From positions 1-54,347 of the forward strand of contig CALWXD010000146.1 in assembly GCA_944385425.1 (NCBI GenBank): DNA of 54,347 nt. Direction: 5' to 3'. Positions 45,563-54,347 of the stretch are shown here, piece after piece. The DNA comes from an uncultured Oscillospiraceae bacterium. GTDB lineage: Bacteria; Bacillota; Clostridia; Oscillospirales; Oscillospiraceae. Position 1 is the stretch's first letter. Each line of letters begins with the position of its first letter. The position numbers and the translations under genes are program-made. The notes beneath the pieces were generated by a model. That model was given only the letters and a program-made list of their open reading frames with translations. It had not been told where the DNA came from and made no database searches.

Positions 45563-45606
45563 TGAAAAATCCCGCCCGGTATGCCGGACGGGATTTTTTT
45601 CACGGA
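45563..45606 (-). terminator. rho-independent terminator downstream of the FNT gene
   Basis: GAAAAAT, then CCCGCCCGG-tatg-CCGGACGGG, then ATTTTTTT. U-tracts are present on both strands. Confidence 0.65.
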
Positions 45607-45621
45607 TGTGCACGCGGCGGC

Positions 45622-46446
45622 TCAGCTCTTCTTGGCCCCCCGCAGGAAGGAGAACCAGTAGGTAAAGCCAACGGCCGCGCCGCCCACAATGTTCCCCAGG
45701 GTCACCGGGATCAGATTGCCCAGGAGGTAGTTGCCCCAGGTGAGGCTCTCCACCGCCACGCCGGCGGCGGTGGCCGCCTCCACATAGGCGGCGCTGCCCT
45801 TGGCAAAGAGGCCCAGCATGCAGTAGGTCATGTCGGCGATGGAGAGGTTAAAGCCGCAGGTGACAAAGAACATCACCGGGGCCCAGGCGCCGAGGAAACG
45901 GCTGACGCCGTCCTTCCCCGAGAGGCTCAGCAGCACGCCGATGGTGACGAGGACGTTGCAGAGGATGCCCATGAAAAAGGCGTTTTCAAAGGGCATGGTC
46001 ATCTTGCCCACAGCCACCTTCATGGAGTAGGCCGCCAGGGCGTTGCTCCCGGCGCTGAGCCAGCCGAACTGGGCGCAGATGAAGGCCAGGACCATAGAGC
46101 CCACGAAATTCCCGATGTAGACGAAGAGCCAGTTGCGGAGCATGCCGGCCACGGTGGCCTTCTTCTCCAGGACGCTGATGGTGATGAGGGTGTTGCCGGT
46201 GAAGAGCTCCGCCCCGCCGATGACCACCATGCCAAGGCCGAAGGCGAACAGCAGCCCGGAGATCATCCGGACGGTGCTGTTGTTGTCCAGGCCATAGGTG
46301 GCCATGTTGGTGACGCAGGAGGGGAACCCGATCATCAGCCCCGCCAGGACGCCCAGCAGCAGCATCTTGCTGATGGGGAGCTTGGCCTTGGCCGCGCCGG
46401 CGTTGGCGTAATTGGCGGTATTTTCCGCCGCGGTAAACAGATTCAT
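45622..46446 (-). CDS. formate/nitrite transporter (FNT family channel)
   Basis: 274 aa with FNT signatures (GAELFTGN, GNFVGS). Confidence 0.8.
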   Translation of the reverse strand: MNLFTAAENTANYANAGAAKAKLPISKMLLLGVLAGLMIGFPSCVTNMATYGLDNNSTVRMISGLLFAFGLGMVVIGGAELFTGNTLITISVLEKKATVAGMLRNWLFVYIGNFVGSMVLAFICAQFGWLSAGSNALAAYSMKVAVGKMTMPFENAFFMGILCNVLVTIGVLLSLSGKDGVSRFLGAWAPVMFFVTCGFNLSIADMTYCMLGLFAKGSAAYVEAATAAGVAVESLTWGNYLLGNLIPVTLGNIVGGAAVGFTYWFSFLRGAKKS

Positions 46447-46474
46447 AGTTGTTCCTTCTTTCTATGCAAGACAA

Positions 46475-47356
46475 TCAGCCCTGGGCGCGGCGGGCGGCCT
46501 CCACCACATGGCCGATGAGCACACTGGTGGTGACGGCGCCCACGCCGCCGGGGACGGGGGTAATGGCCTCCACAATGGGCTCCACCTCGTCAAACACCGC
46601 GTCGCCGGCGATGGCGCCCTTGCCGCCCTTGGCGTTGGGCTTCTCCGCGTCCCAGTTGATGGACACGTCGATGACGATCTGGCCGGGGCGCACATACTCC
46701 TTGGTGAGGCTGCGGAGCACGCCGGCAGCGGAGATTAGGATATCCGCCTCCCGGGCCACGGCGGGCACGTCCTTCGTGCGGGTGTGGCAGACGGTGACGG
46801 TGGCGTTCTTCCCCATGAGCATCATGGCCGCCGGTTTCCCTACCACCAGGCTCCGGCCGATGACCACGGCCTTCTTGCCGGTGCAGTCGATGCCGTAGTG
46901 GTCCAGGATCTCCATGCAGGCGGCGGGGGTGCAGGGGGCGAACCCCAGCTCCTTGCCCATAAAGATGCCGGCGTTGGAGAGGTCGGTCATGCCGTCCACG
47001 TCCTTCCGGGGGTCCAGGCGGTTGCAGATCTCGTCCTGGTCCGCCTTCAAGTGTTTGGGCAGGGGGCGGAAGAGCAGCACGCCGTGGATCTTGTCGTTGG
47101 CGTTGATCTCGTCGATGACCTGCAGGAGGGCCTCCTTGGTCACGTCCTCCGGCAGCACGAAATTCTCCACCGCCACGCCCAGCGTCTCCGCCCGCTTGGT
47201 GGCTCCCCGCTCATAGCTGAGGTCGTCCGGCCGCTCGCCGCAGCGGACGATGGCCAGGGTGGGCTGGACGCCCTTCGCCTTCAGCGCCTCGCAGGAGGCG
47301 GTGATCCGGGCGTTGAGCTTTTCATTCACTTCTTTTCCTAACAGCAGCTTTGCCAT
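46475..47356 (-). CDS. folD: bifunctional methylenetetrahydrofolate dehydrogenase/methenyl-THF cyclohydrolase
   Basis: 293 aa with FolD motifs (PVPGGVGAVTT..., GRS..VGKP). SD AAGAGGAG. Confidence 0.9.
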   Translation of the reverse strand: MAKLLLGKEVNEKLNARITASCEALKAKGVQPTLAIVRCGERPDDLSYERGATKRAETLGVAVENFVLPEDVTKEALLQVIDEINANDKIHGVLLFRPLPKHLKADQDEICNRLDPRKDVDGMTDLSNAGIFMGKELGFAPCTPAACMEILDHYGIDCTGKKAVVIGRSLVVGKPAAMMLMGKNATVTVCHTRTKDVPAVAREADILISAAGVLRSLTKEYVRPGQIVIDVSINWDAEKPNAKGGKGAIAGDAVFDEVEPIVEAITPVPGGVGAVTTSVLIGHVVEAARRAQG

Positions 47357-47396
47357 AGTCTCGCTCCTCTTTTCCTTGCAGTCTGATCCCCGGCGC

Positions 47397-48017
47397 TCAC
47401 TGGAAAAAGCCGGCCTTCACGGTCTCAAAGATCTGGTCGGCCTTGGCGCCATACTCCTCCAGCATGCCAAGGCACTTTCGGTTCAGCTCCTCCGCCTTCT
47501 CCCGGTCCTTCAGCGTCTTGGTGTTGATAAAGACGTTGAGGGAGGCGGCCTGGAGGGCGCCCTTCACGCAGGCGGCGCCGCAGCCGGCGTCGCTGACGGC
47601 CAGGCGGCTGCCCTTGGCGGCAAAGACGGCGATGGCGTCGATGGCCTCGCAGCACAGCTCCATGATCCGGACCGGCACCCTGCAGGCCACCAGGGTGGCC
47701 TCCTCCAGGACCTGGTCCCGGGTGGGGTCGTCCTTGGGGATACCGTAGGCCCGGGACAGGGGTTCAAACCCCTCGGCGTCGGCCGGCACCTGGTCCAAAA
47801 GCTCCGTCTGGAGGGCGTCGCACCTGGCCTTCAGCGCCACGATCTCCGCCTCCACGTCGGCATATTTCTTCTTTCCAACGGTGAGGGAACCCACCATGTT
47901 TCCAAGGGCCGTGCCGATGGCGGCCACCAGGGCCGCGGCGCCGCCGCCGCCGGGCACCGGCGCGCTGGAGGCCAGAACAGACACAAACTCACGGCAGGAA
48001 TTTTGCGTAAAATCCAT
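47397..48017 (-). CDS. fchA: cyclodeaminase/cyclohydrolase family protein (methenyl-THF cyclohydrolase FchA-like, FTCD_C fold)
   Basis: MDFTQNSCREFVSVLASSAPVPGGGGAAALVAAIGTALGNMVGSLTVGKK is the FTCD_C signature. The ATG at 48017 follows GGAAGGGAG. Confidence 0.75.
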   Translation of the reverse strand: MDFTQNSCREFVSVLASSAPVPGGGGAAALVAAIGTALGNMVGSLTVGKKKYADVEAEIVALKARCDALQTELLDQVPADAEGFEPLSRAYGIPKDDPTRDQVLEEATLVACRVPVRIMELCCEAIDAIAVFAAKGSRLAVSDAGCGAACVKGALQAASLNVFINTKTLKDREKAEELNRKCLGMLEEYGAKADQIFETVKAGFFQ

Positions 48018-48163
48018 AGAATCTCCCTTCCGCCGCCTTACGCGGCATGGTTGCAAAAGCATCCCGGCCCGGCGCGCCCCCGCAGGCGGAGGCGCAAGAC
48101 GCCGGTAAAAGCGGATCCGGCGGCGGAACCGCCGCCGGATCCTTTGTTACCGGGGAATGGTGA

Positions 48164-49972
48164 TTAGAACAGGCCGGAGACCTTGCCGGTCTCGGTATCC
48201 ACGTCGATGCGGCGGTAGGCCGGATCGGAGCTGGTGCCGGGCATCATGGAGATGGTGCCCGCCATGGGGCAGAGGAACTTGGCCCCGCCGTACTCCAGGA
48301 TGTCCCGGATGGGCAGGCGCCAGCCCTTGGGCACGCCCTTCCAGGAGGGCTCGTGGCTGAGGGACAGGTGGGTCTTTACCATCATGGTGCAGTAGTCGGC
48401 ATACTTGGGGTCGGACTCAAAGCGCTTAGCCTTCTCCAGGGCCAGGGGCGCCCAGTCCACGCCGTCAGCGCCGTAGACCTCCTTGGCGATGAGCTCCACC
48501 CGCTGCCGCAGGGGCATCTCCAGGGGATAGAGGAACTTGATCTGGCTGGACTCCTCGCAGGCGTCGATCACGGTCTCGGCCAGCTCGATGGCGCCCTCGC
48601 CGCCGTAGCGCCAGTGGTTCGAGAGGGCGCAGCGGACGCCGTGCTCGGCGCAGAGCTTGCGGATGAGGGCGATCTCGGCGTCGGTGTCGGTGTAGAACTG
48701 GTTGATGCACACCACCGGGACGATACCGGACTTCTTGATGGTGTTCACATGGTGGAACAGGTTCTCGCAGCCCTTCTCCAGCAGCTCCAGGTTCTCCTCG
48801 GTGTACTCCTTGGGCAGCGGACGGCCCGCCACCACGGTGGGGCCGCCGCCGTGCATCTTCAGCGCGCGGATGGTGGCCACCAGCACGGAGACGTTGGGCG
48901 TCAAGCCGCTGAGGCGGCACTTCACGTTCCAGAACTTCTCAAAGCCGATGTCGGCGGCGAAGCCGGACTCGGTGACGTGGTAGTCAAAGAGCTTGAGGGC
49001 CAGGCGGTCGCCGATGACGGAGGACTGGCCGATGGCGATGTTGGCAAAGGGCCCGGCGTGGACCAGCACCGGCTGGTGCTCCACGGAGTAGCACATGGTG
49101 GGGTTGATGCAGTTGCGCATCCAGGCGGTCATGGCGCCGGCCACCTCCAGGTCCTCGGTGGTGACGGGCTCGCCGCTGCGGCTGTAGGCCACAACGATCT
49201 TGCCGATGCGCTCCCGCAGATCCTTCAGATCCCGGGCCACGGAGAGGATAGCCATCAGCTCGGAGCCCACGGCGATGCCGAACTTGGACTCCATGAGATA
49301 GCCGTCCTTGGGGCCGCCGATGCCCATGACGATGTTGCGCAGGCCCTGGGCGCAGAAATCCAGCACCCAGCCCATCTCAATGCGCTTGGGGTCGATATCC
49401 AGGCGCTTGAGGCCCCGCTTGGCCAGCTGCTCGTCGTTGTAGTTGCGCTCGTGCTGCATGCGGGCGTTGAGGGCCACCATGGCCAGGTTGTGGGCGTTCA
49501 TGATGTCGTTGATATCGCCGGTGAGGCCCAGGGAGAACTCCGTCATGGGCATCAAAAGGGCGTTGCCGCCGCCGGCGGCGGTGCCCTTCACGTTCATGGT
49601 GGGGCCGCCGGAGGGCTGGCGCAGGCAGCCGCCCACGTTCTTGCCCAGCTTGCCCAGGCCCTCGATGAGGCCCAGGGAGGTGGTGGACTTCCCTTCGCCC
49701 AGGGGCGTCGGCGTAATGGCGGTAACTTCAATGAACTTGCCGTCGGGCTTGTCCTTTAGGCGGTTCATGATCTTGATGAAATCCAGCTTCGGCGTCTTGC
49801 CGTAGGGGATGATCTCCTCGGGCAGCAGACCCAGCTTCTCCCGGAAGTAGTCCACCGGGGGCAGGGATTTCTCCGCCTCCTCGGCGATCTGCCAGTCCTT
49901 ATAGATAGTGGGGTCCAGGGTTACTTTGCCGTTTGCGTCTACATACTTGCCATCTTTGAACTCAATTGCCAT
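48164..49972 (-). CDS. fhs: formate--tetrahydrofolate ligase
   Basis: FTHFS signatures ([11 protein letters not shown]-loop, ...GGAAGGG...). The ATG at 49972 lies 8 nt after AGGAGG. Confidence 0.9.
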   Translation of the reverse strand: MAIEFKDGKYVDANGKVTLDPTIYKDWQIAEEAEKSLPPVDYFREKLGLLPEEIIPYGKTPKLDFIKIMNRLKDKPDGKFIEVTAITPTPLGEGKSTTSLGLIEGLGKLGKNVGGCLRQPSGGPTMNVKGTAAGGGNALLMPMTEFSLGLTGDINDIMNAHNLAMVALNARMQHERNYNDEQLAKRGLKRLDIDPKRIEMGWVLDFCAQGLRNIVMGIGGPKDGYLMESKFGIAVGSELMAILSVARDLKDLRERIGKIVVAYSRSGEPVTTEDLEVAGAMTAWMRNCINPTMCYSVEHQPVLVHAGPFANIAIGQSSVIGDRLALKLFDYHVTESGFAADIGFEKFWNVKCRLSGLTPNVSVLVATIRALKMHGGGPTVVAGRPLPKEYTEENLELLEKGCENLFHHVNTIKKSGIVPVVCINQFYTDTDAEIALIRKLCAEHGVRCALSNHWRYGGEGAIELAETVIDACEESSQIKFLYPLEMPLRQRVELIAKEVYGADGVDWAPLALEKAKRFESDPKYADYCTMMVKTHLSLSHEPSWKGVPKGWRLPIRDILEYGGAKFLCPMAGTISMMPGTSSDPAYRRIDVDTETGKVSGLF

Positions 49973-49974
49973 AC

Positions 49975-50065
49975 GGTCATCCTCCTTGTTCCCGGGGCCT
50001 TTCACTAACCCCGGAAGTCATATAGTTTGGCGCTGCGCTTCAAACGTCCGCGACCCCCAGCGCCA
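49975..50065 (-). ncRNA. candidate ZTP (pfl-motif) riboswitch in the fhs leader (low confidence)
   Basis: The minus-strand leader reads ...CUGGGGGUCGCGGACGUUUGAAGCGCAGCGCC...CUUCCGGGGUUAG...GGCCCCGGGAACAAGGAGG. It resembles the pfl-motif GGGUCGUGGAC / CCGGGGAG / CCUGGGCA elements, and the SD lies in the 3' element. The pfl motif is classically found upstream of fhs and folD in Clostridia. This is unconfirmed pattern matching by eye. Confidence 0.3.
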
Positions 50066-50254
50066 ATGGGCAAACGCTGCGCCGCTGTGGCGCGGCAGCG
50101 GTGAACCGGGCTGGCTTTCCAGCTTTTCTCACCTCCCCTATCATACCAAAGCGGGGGGTATTTGACAAGTAGCATGCTTGCCAAGAATTTAACAAATAGT
50201 TGTGCATTTTGTCCAATTCAACCCCCATTTTTCAGCAAAGGAAACAAATCTTTT

Positions 50255-51544
50255 TCATATATTGCATTCCGACTCCGACGGGGTGGGAAAACAATTTCGC
50301 ACATCTCCGCTCATATAGAGGGAACCCAGGGCACAGCAGACCCCCTCCTCCCCGGCGGCGGCCAGGGCCTTTTTCACCCCGTCGGCCACGCTGGCGGCGG
50401 CCTCAGCCGGCGCGCCCATGGCCCGGATCCGCGCCGCCAGCTCCTCCGCCGCCATGGCCCGGGGGTTGTCGGGCCTCACCGTGAAAAACCGGCGGGCCAG
50501 GGGGACGATGTACCCCAGGATGTGCTCCACGTCCTTGTCGGCCATCACCCCCACCACGAAGAAGAACTGCCTGCCGGGGAAGATCCGGCGGAGGCTCTCC
50601 GCCGTGGCCTGGATGCCGTGGGGGTTGTGCCCCCCGTCCACAATGAACACCGGATGCCGCTGCAGCACCTCAAACCGGGCGGGCCAGCTGGTCTCCCGGA
50701 GGCCCTGGCGGATGGTCTCGTCCGTCACCGGCCACCCCTCCTCCCGGAGGACCTGGGCCGCGGTGATGGCCACGGCGGCGTTGTTGAGCTGATAGGCCCC
50801 CGCCAGGGGGATCCACAGGTCCTTCAGCTCCCGGTAGGAGAAGGACTGGCCCGTGAGGTCAAAGGCCCCCGCCGTCAAGGCGCCGTAGTCCGGGTAGCGG
50901 AGGGTGGCCCCCCTCTCCCGGCAGACCCGCTCAAAGACGGCCTGGGCCTCCGGGTTCTGGCCGTAGGCCACCACCTGCCCGCCGGGCTTGATGATGCCGG
51001 CCTTGGCGGAGGCGATCTCGGTCATGGTATCGCCCAGCTCCCGGGTGTGGTCGTAGCCCATGGCGCAGATCACCGCCGCCTCCGGCGTGTCGATGACGTT
51101 GGTGGAGTCCAGCTCGCCGCCCATCCCCACCTCCAGCACCACGATATCGCAGCCCTTGCGGCGGAAGAACTCCATGGCAAGGGCGGTGATCAGCTCAAAC
51201 TCCGTGGGCACGTCCTCCATGGCGTCGGCCTGGGGGCGGATCCACTCCGTCAGCTCCGCCAGCTCCGCATCGCCGATGCAGGTGTGGTTCACCTGCATCC
51301 GCTCGTTAAAGCGGTTGATGAAGGGGGAGGTGTACAGCCCCACGGTGAGGCCGCTGCGCTCCAAGATGGAGGAGAGCATGGCGGCGGTGGAGCCCTTGCC
51401 GTTGGTGCCGGCGATGTGGACGAATTTCAGCTGTTTTTCCGGGTTGCCGATGCGCCGCAGCAGCTCCCGGGTGCGGCTGAGGCCGGGGACGCTCCCCTTC
51501 CAGCAGACGCTGTGGATATAGGACAGGGCTTCGCTGTAGTTCAT
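50255..51544 (-). CDS. folC: bifunctional folylpolyglutamate synthase / dihydrofolate synthase
   Basis: 429 aa with Mur ligase family motifs (HIAGTNGKGST P-loop). Confidence 0.85.
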   Translation of the reverse strand: MNYSEALSYIHSVCWKGSVPGLSRTRELLRRIGNPEKQLKFVHIAGTNGKGSTAAMLSSILERSGLTVGLYTSPFINRFNERMQVNHTCIGDAELAELTEWIRPQADAMEDVPTEFELITALAMEFFRRKGCDIVVLEVGMGGELDSTNVIDTPEAAVICAMGYDHTRELGDTMTEIASAKAGIIKPGGQVVAYGQNPEAQAVFERVCRERGATLRYPDYGALTAGAFDLTGQSFSYRELKDLWIPLAGAYQLNNAAVAITAAQVLREEGWPVTDETIRQGLRETSWPARFEVLQRHPVFIVDGGHNPHGIQATAESLRRIFPGRQFFFVVGVMADKDVEHILGYIVPLARRFFTVRPDNPRAMAAEELAARIRAMGAPAEAAASVADGVKKALAAAGEEGVCCALGSLYMSGDVRNCFPTPSESECNI

Positions 51545-51580
51545 AACGATTACCTGATTTCTTTCAGAATATGCAAACCG

Positions 51581-52165
51581 CTAGGCGTGGCGGCGGGAGA
51601 CGATCCGGGAGATCACCGGCCGGTAGGCCGCCCGGTTGATGGCGAACACCAGGATGGCGCTGACCGCGATGGTCAGGGGCTTTGTGGCAAGGCGGCTGAC
51701 AAACTGGGCCGCCGCCAGACCCCAGAAGGTGCCGGAGGTGCCCATCACGGCCATCTGATACCAGACGAAGGCCGCGACCCCCACCACAAAGCTGTTGATG
51801 ATGCCCGCCAGGATGGTGACAAGGATGACCTTCCAGCCGTCCTTCGTCTCCGCCAGGCTGCTGCGGAAAATATACTTAGTGCTGACACCGCACAAAAAGG
51901 CGAATGCGGCCGGCCCCAGGGACAGGGGCGGGAAATAGAGGCCGATGCCGGAGAGCACCGTGCCCAGGATATCGCTGACCAGCGCCACAATGACGCCGGC
52001 CAGGGGACCCATCCACATGCCCGCCAGGGCCAGGGGGATGGTCTCAAAGCTGACGCGGAACATCTCGCTCTGGATGGAGAGGTACCGGGCCAGGATGATC
52101 TGGATGGCCACCAGCAGGGCCATCATCACAAGGTTGCCGACAGAAAAAACATGGTTACGCTTCAT
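51581..52165 (-). CDS. folT: folate-family ECF transporter S component
   Basis: ~195 aa, 5-6 TM. The ATG at 52165 follows AAGGAGGAAG. It is immediately upstream of folC and downstream of a THF riboswitch. Confidence 0.7.
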   Translation of the reverse strand: MKRNHVFSVGNLVMMALLVAIQIILARYLSIQSEMFRVSFETIPLALAGMWMGPLAGVIVALVSDILGTVLSGIGLYFPPLSLGPAAFAFLCGVSTKYIFRSSLAETKDGWKVILVTILAGIINSFVVGVAAFVWYQMAVMGTSGTFWGLAAAQFVSRLATKPLTIAVSAILVFAINRAAYRPVISRIVSRRHA

Positions 52166-52316
52166 GCGTACTTCCTCCTTCAAAATAAGCGGCGGAAAAG
52201 TGAGCAATGAAGCTACTACACGAAGGAATGGGCAAAAGAAAATACCAATCCGCCGGATGGAGGGCTATACGCCCCCCGCGAATTGGTAATCTGAGTCTAT
52301 CACCCGTAGCTTGTGC

Positions 52317-52421
52317 GGTAGCGGATGCAGTGCAATACCGTAGGCCCTATTTCTCGGGGGCCTTTCGTGCAAGGGCGACTTCCCAGCCACTTGCCACTTT
52401 ACGCATTACACTTACTCTACC
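52317..52421 (-). ncRNA. THF (tetrahydrofolate) riboswitch with a downstream terminator-type expression platform
   Basis: The minus strand reads GGUAGAGUAAGUGUAAUGCGUAAAGUGGCAAGUGGCUGGGAAGUCGCCCUUGCACGAAAGGCCCCCGAGAAAUAGGGCCUACGGUAUUGCACUGCAUCCGCUACC. This matches the conserved THF-I elements AGAGUAG, CGCGUUAAGUG, GGGAUGUCG, CGAAGCGAGAGCGCGG and GCAUCCGCUC. A hairpin CCAAUUCGCGG...CCGGCGGAUUGG plus UAUUUUCUUUU follows at ~52255-52300, then the folT SD. Confidence 0.6.
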
Positions 52422-52475
52422 AATCCTATGAATTTGTGTGTTCCCCCGGCGGAGCGAGACCTCCGCCTGTCCCTG

Positions 52476-53093
52476 TCAGAGGGTGGACGCGATGGCCTTC
52501 ATCCGTCCCAGGACGATATCCCCGATGTTTGCCATGTCCTCCGCCGTGAAGGCCAGGCGGAAGTTGTCGGAGAACAGGATCTGCGCGTTGGGCGGGAACT
52601 CCGCGTCCCCCAGCCAAAGGAGAAACTGCAGGGTCAGCCCCTCCATCAGCGTCACTTCAAGCCCCACATCCCCCCTTTGTATCATCCGGGCGGGCAGGCG
52701 CTCCGCCACCTTCTCCAGCACCTGGGGCCTTGCGGCGTAGCTGAAGGCAAAGCGCTTGATGCACCGGCCGGTAAATTGCTGCAGATAGACCTCCCCCCAG
52801 GGGAATTCCCGGTAGGTGAGGTAGGCGCCGCCCGGCGGGACAAACTGCCCGTCCAGCAGGTAGCGCAGGAAGAGGATCCGCTCCGGATTGGTCAGCTCCG
52901 GCGTGCCGGTGACGGTGAAATCCGGCCAGGTCACCTGGTAGGCGCGGCCCAGAAGGTTCATGGTAAAGGCCCCGTCCGCATAGGGCAGGGCGCACCGCCG
53001 GGCCATTTCCAGGGGATCCCCCTGCTGAAACCGCTGCAGATAGTACGCCAAAGGCCGCTCTTCTTTGTTATTTTTACCATAAATCGGCTCCAT
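52476..53093 (-). CDS. DUF3786-like protein (often associated with corrinoid/acetyl-CoA pathway genes)
   Basis: 205 aa. The ATG at 53093 was chosen over the TTG track start at 53120. The family assignment is by recognition only. Confidence 0.5.
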   Translation of the reverse strand: MEPIYGKNNKEERPLAYYLQRFQQGDPLEMARRCALPYADGAFTMNLLGRAYQVTWPDFTVTGTPELTNPERILFLRYLLDGQFVPPGGAYLTYREFPWGEVYLQQFTGRCIKRFAFSYAARPQVLEKVAERLPARMIQRGDVGLEVTLMEGLTLQFLLWLGDAEFPPNAQILFSDNFRLAFTAEDMANIGDIVLGRMKAIASTL

Positions 53094-53192
53094 TGTCCAC
53101 ACCTCTTTCCGTTTTTTCAAAACTTTTGTCCCGCGGCGGGCGGGGAGGGGGCGGCCCCCTCCTCCCCCGCCGCCATCGTCTCAAGGCCCGCC

Positions 53193-54347
53193 CTAGTCAA
53201 GCGCCACGCTGGGGAACAGGGACGCGTCGGTATGGGGCAGGAAACAGGCGGCCACAAACTCATCCATGTACCTGGGCTCGTTGCTCAGCTCCAGATAGGT
53301 CATGGACCTGGCCAGGTCGAAAACCTTTGTCCGGGCCTCGGTGCTCATCAGCATGGCGTAGGCGCCGGCCTGGGAGGAGTTGCTGATGTAGTGGAAGTGG
53401 TCCAGGGGGATGTCCGGGAACATGCCAATGGTGACGGCGTTTTTCATGTTGATGCCGCTGCCGATGCCTCCGGCCACATACACCTGCTCAATGGCGGAAG
53501 CGTCGAAGCCTAGGGAGGCGAGCATGGTCTGGGTGGCGGAGAAGATGGCCCCCTTGGCCCGGATGAAGTTGTCGATGTCCACCTCGTTGATGACCACATC
53601 CTTGATGCTGCCGGTGTCCTCCCGCCGGGCGATGACGTAGGAGCCCATGCCGTGCTCGTCGTGGTGGATCCGGGGATTTTCCCGGATGAACTTGCCCTTG
53701 CCGTTGATGGCACCGGCACGGAAGAGCTCAGCGATAATGTCGATGATGCCGCTGCCGCAGATGCCGGCGGGGGCTTCACCCCCCACCACGGTGAGGGTGG
53801 GCTCCAGGGTGTCCCTGTCGATGGTGCAGGCCTCGATGGCTCCGTCGGTGGCACGCATGCCGCAGGAGATGTCGCCGCCCTCGAAGGCGGGGCCGGCGGA
53901 GCAGGCGCAGGACATGAGGAACTCGTTGTTGCCGAAGACCAGCTCCCCATTGGTGCCAAGGTCGATGAACAGGCTCAGCTCCGGGCTGTTCCAGATCAGG
54001 GACACCAGGGTATCCTCCCGCACGTGGGTGCCGGCGGTGAGCAGGAGGGGGGCCAGAATCACCCGCTCCGCCCCCTGGCGCTCCAGCCCCGGCAGCAGCT
54101 CCTCCAGCCCCGGCCAGCCCTCAATGGCGCCCACCAGGATATCCCCCCGGCCCGCCAGGCTGAGGACCCCCTGGAGGGCGGGGTAGACCAGATTGCCCGG
54201 GTGGGCGGTGCCGTGGCCCACCAGCACCACCGTCTGCCCCAGGAGCTTTCTCCAGCGCTCCATGAGCACCCCGGCCAGGGCCCGGACCATGTCCGTGTCC
54301 CCCATCAGGGGCGGGGCCAGCCGCAGGTCCCGGAACCGGGGGCGGAA
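53193..54347 (-). CDS. ASKHA-domain corrinoid activation/regeneration protein (RACE-like), partial; the N-terminus lies beyond the window end
   Basis: The C-terminal ASKHA ATPase domain is present (LSLFIDLGTNGE..., ACSAGPAFEGGDISCGMRATDGAIEA). The frame stays open upstream of the track ATG at 54305, through 54347. Confidence 0.65.
   Translation of the reverse strand, partial: FRPRFRDLRLAPPLMGDTDMVRALAGVLMERWRKLLGQTVVLVGHGTAHPGNLVYPALQGVLSLAGRGDILVGAIEGWPGLEELLPGLERQGAERVILAPLLLTAGTHVREDTLVSLIWNSPELSLFIDLGTNGELVFGNNEFLMSCACSAGPAFEGGDISCGMRATDGAIEACTIDRDTLEPTLTVVGGEAPAGICGSGIIDIIAELFRAGAINGKGKFIRENPRIHHDEHGMGSYVIARREDTGSIKDVVINEVDIDNFIRAKGAIFSATQTMLASLGFDASAIEQVYVAGGIGSGINMKNAVTIGMFPDIPLDHFHYISNSSQAGAYAMLMSTEARTKVFDLARSMTYLELSNEPRYMDEFVAACFLPHTDASLFPSVALD

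Noticed and set aside
44431-46518. 695 aa plus-strand ORF
   Set aside because: It spans and opposes the DUF134, NifX-like and FNT genes. It is a GC-shadow ORF.
50162-52210. 682 aa plus-strand ORF
   Set aside because: It is antisense to folC and folT, both of which have clear family signatures and SD plus ATG starts.

Overview
This is a ~54 kb chromosomal segment with high G+C and dense coding from a Gram-positive anaerobe. The protein content looks like high-GC gut Clostridia; the lineage is inferred only from that. I support about 50 protein-coding genes, with no rRNA, tRNA, CRISPR array, transposase or integrase. The six-frame track is full of long antisense shadow ORFs, an artefact of the high G+C, so strands were assigned by recognisable protein families, SD plus ATG context and translational coupling. 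The track also translates TTG/GTG starts as M, so several starts were re-placed at the nearest SD-supported ATG.

Layout:
- 1-10.3 kb: housekeeping genes (UPF0210/ACT pair, yfbR-like HD hydrolase, MtaB radical-SAM enzyme, GNAT, cysteine desulfurase, MATE pump, gdhA, YfcC transporter, amidohydrolase).
- 11.06-16.98 kb: a BlaI/BlaR1-like repressor plus M56 zinc-protease transducer cassette with two palindromic operators. Its large extracytoplasmic sensor domain is not a penicillin-binding domain, and the same domain is duplicated as a stand-alone gene.
- 17-20.4 kb: FMN alpha-hydroxy-acid dehydrogenase, DUF4349 lipoprotein, small secreted protein, Cof-type HAD.
- 20.7-27.7 kb: the most unusual element. 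A four-gene operon encodes (1) a zinc-ribbon/TPR/TIR/coiled-coil/single-TM protein with a ~240 aa extracellular C-terminal domain, (2) a Band-7 SPFH protein flanked by seven zinc ribbons, (3) a zinc-ribbon/TPR/RCC1 beta-propeller/coiled-coil protein, and (4) a small polytopic membrane protein. Genes 1 and 3 share a paralogous module. I know of no described system with this composition.
- 27.8-41.5 kb: a compositionally distinct, lower-G+C block. It holds an xdh-family molybdoenzyme operon, a YheO-type regulator, an NCS1 permease and an F420-flavoured cluster (CofE/FbiB-like ligase-nitroreductase fusion, NADPH-dependent F420 reductase, two LLM oxidoreductases, ECF S-component, M24 peptidase, PLP enzyme).
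- 41.6-54.3 kb: MTHFS-SnoaL fusion, uvrC, DUF134 plus NifX-like, and a folate one-carbon cluster (FNT channel, folD, fchA, fhs, folC, folT, DUF3786, partial RACE corrinoid activator). A THF riboswitch precedes folT, and a possible ZTP (pfl) riboswitch precedes fhs.
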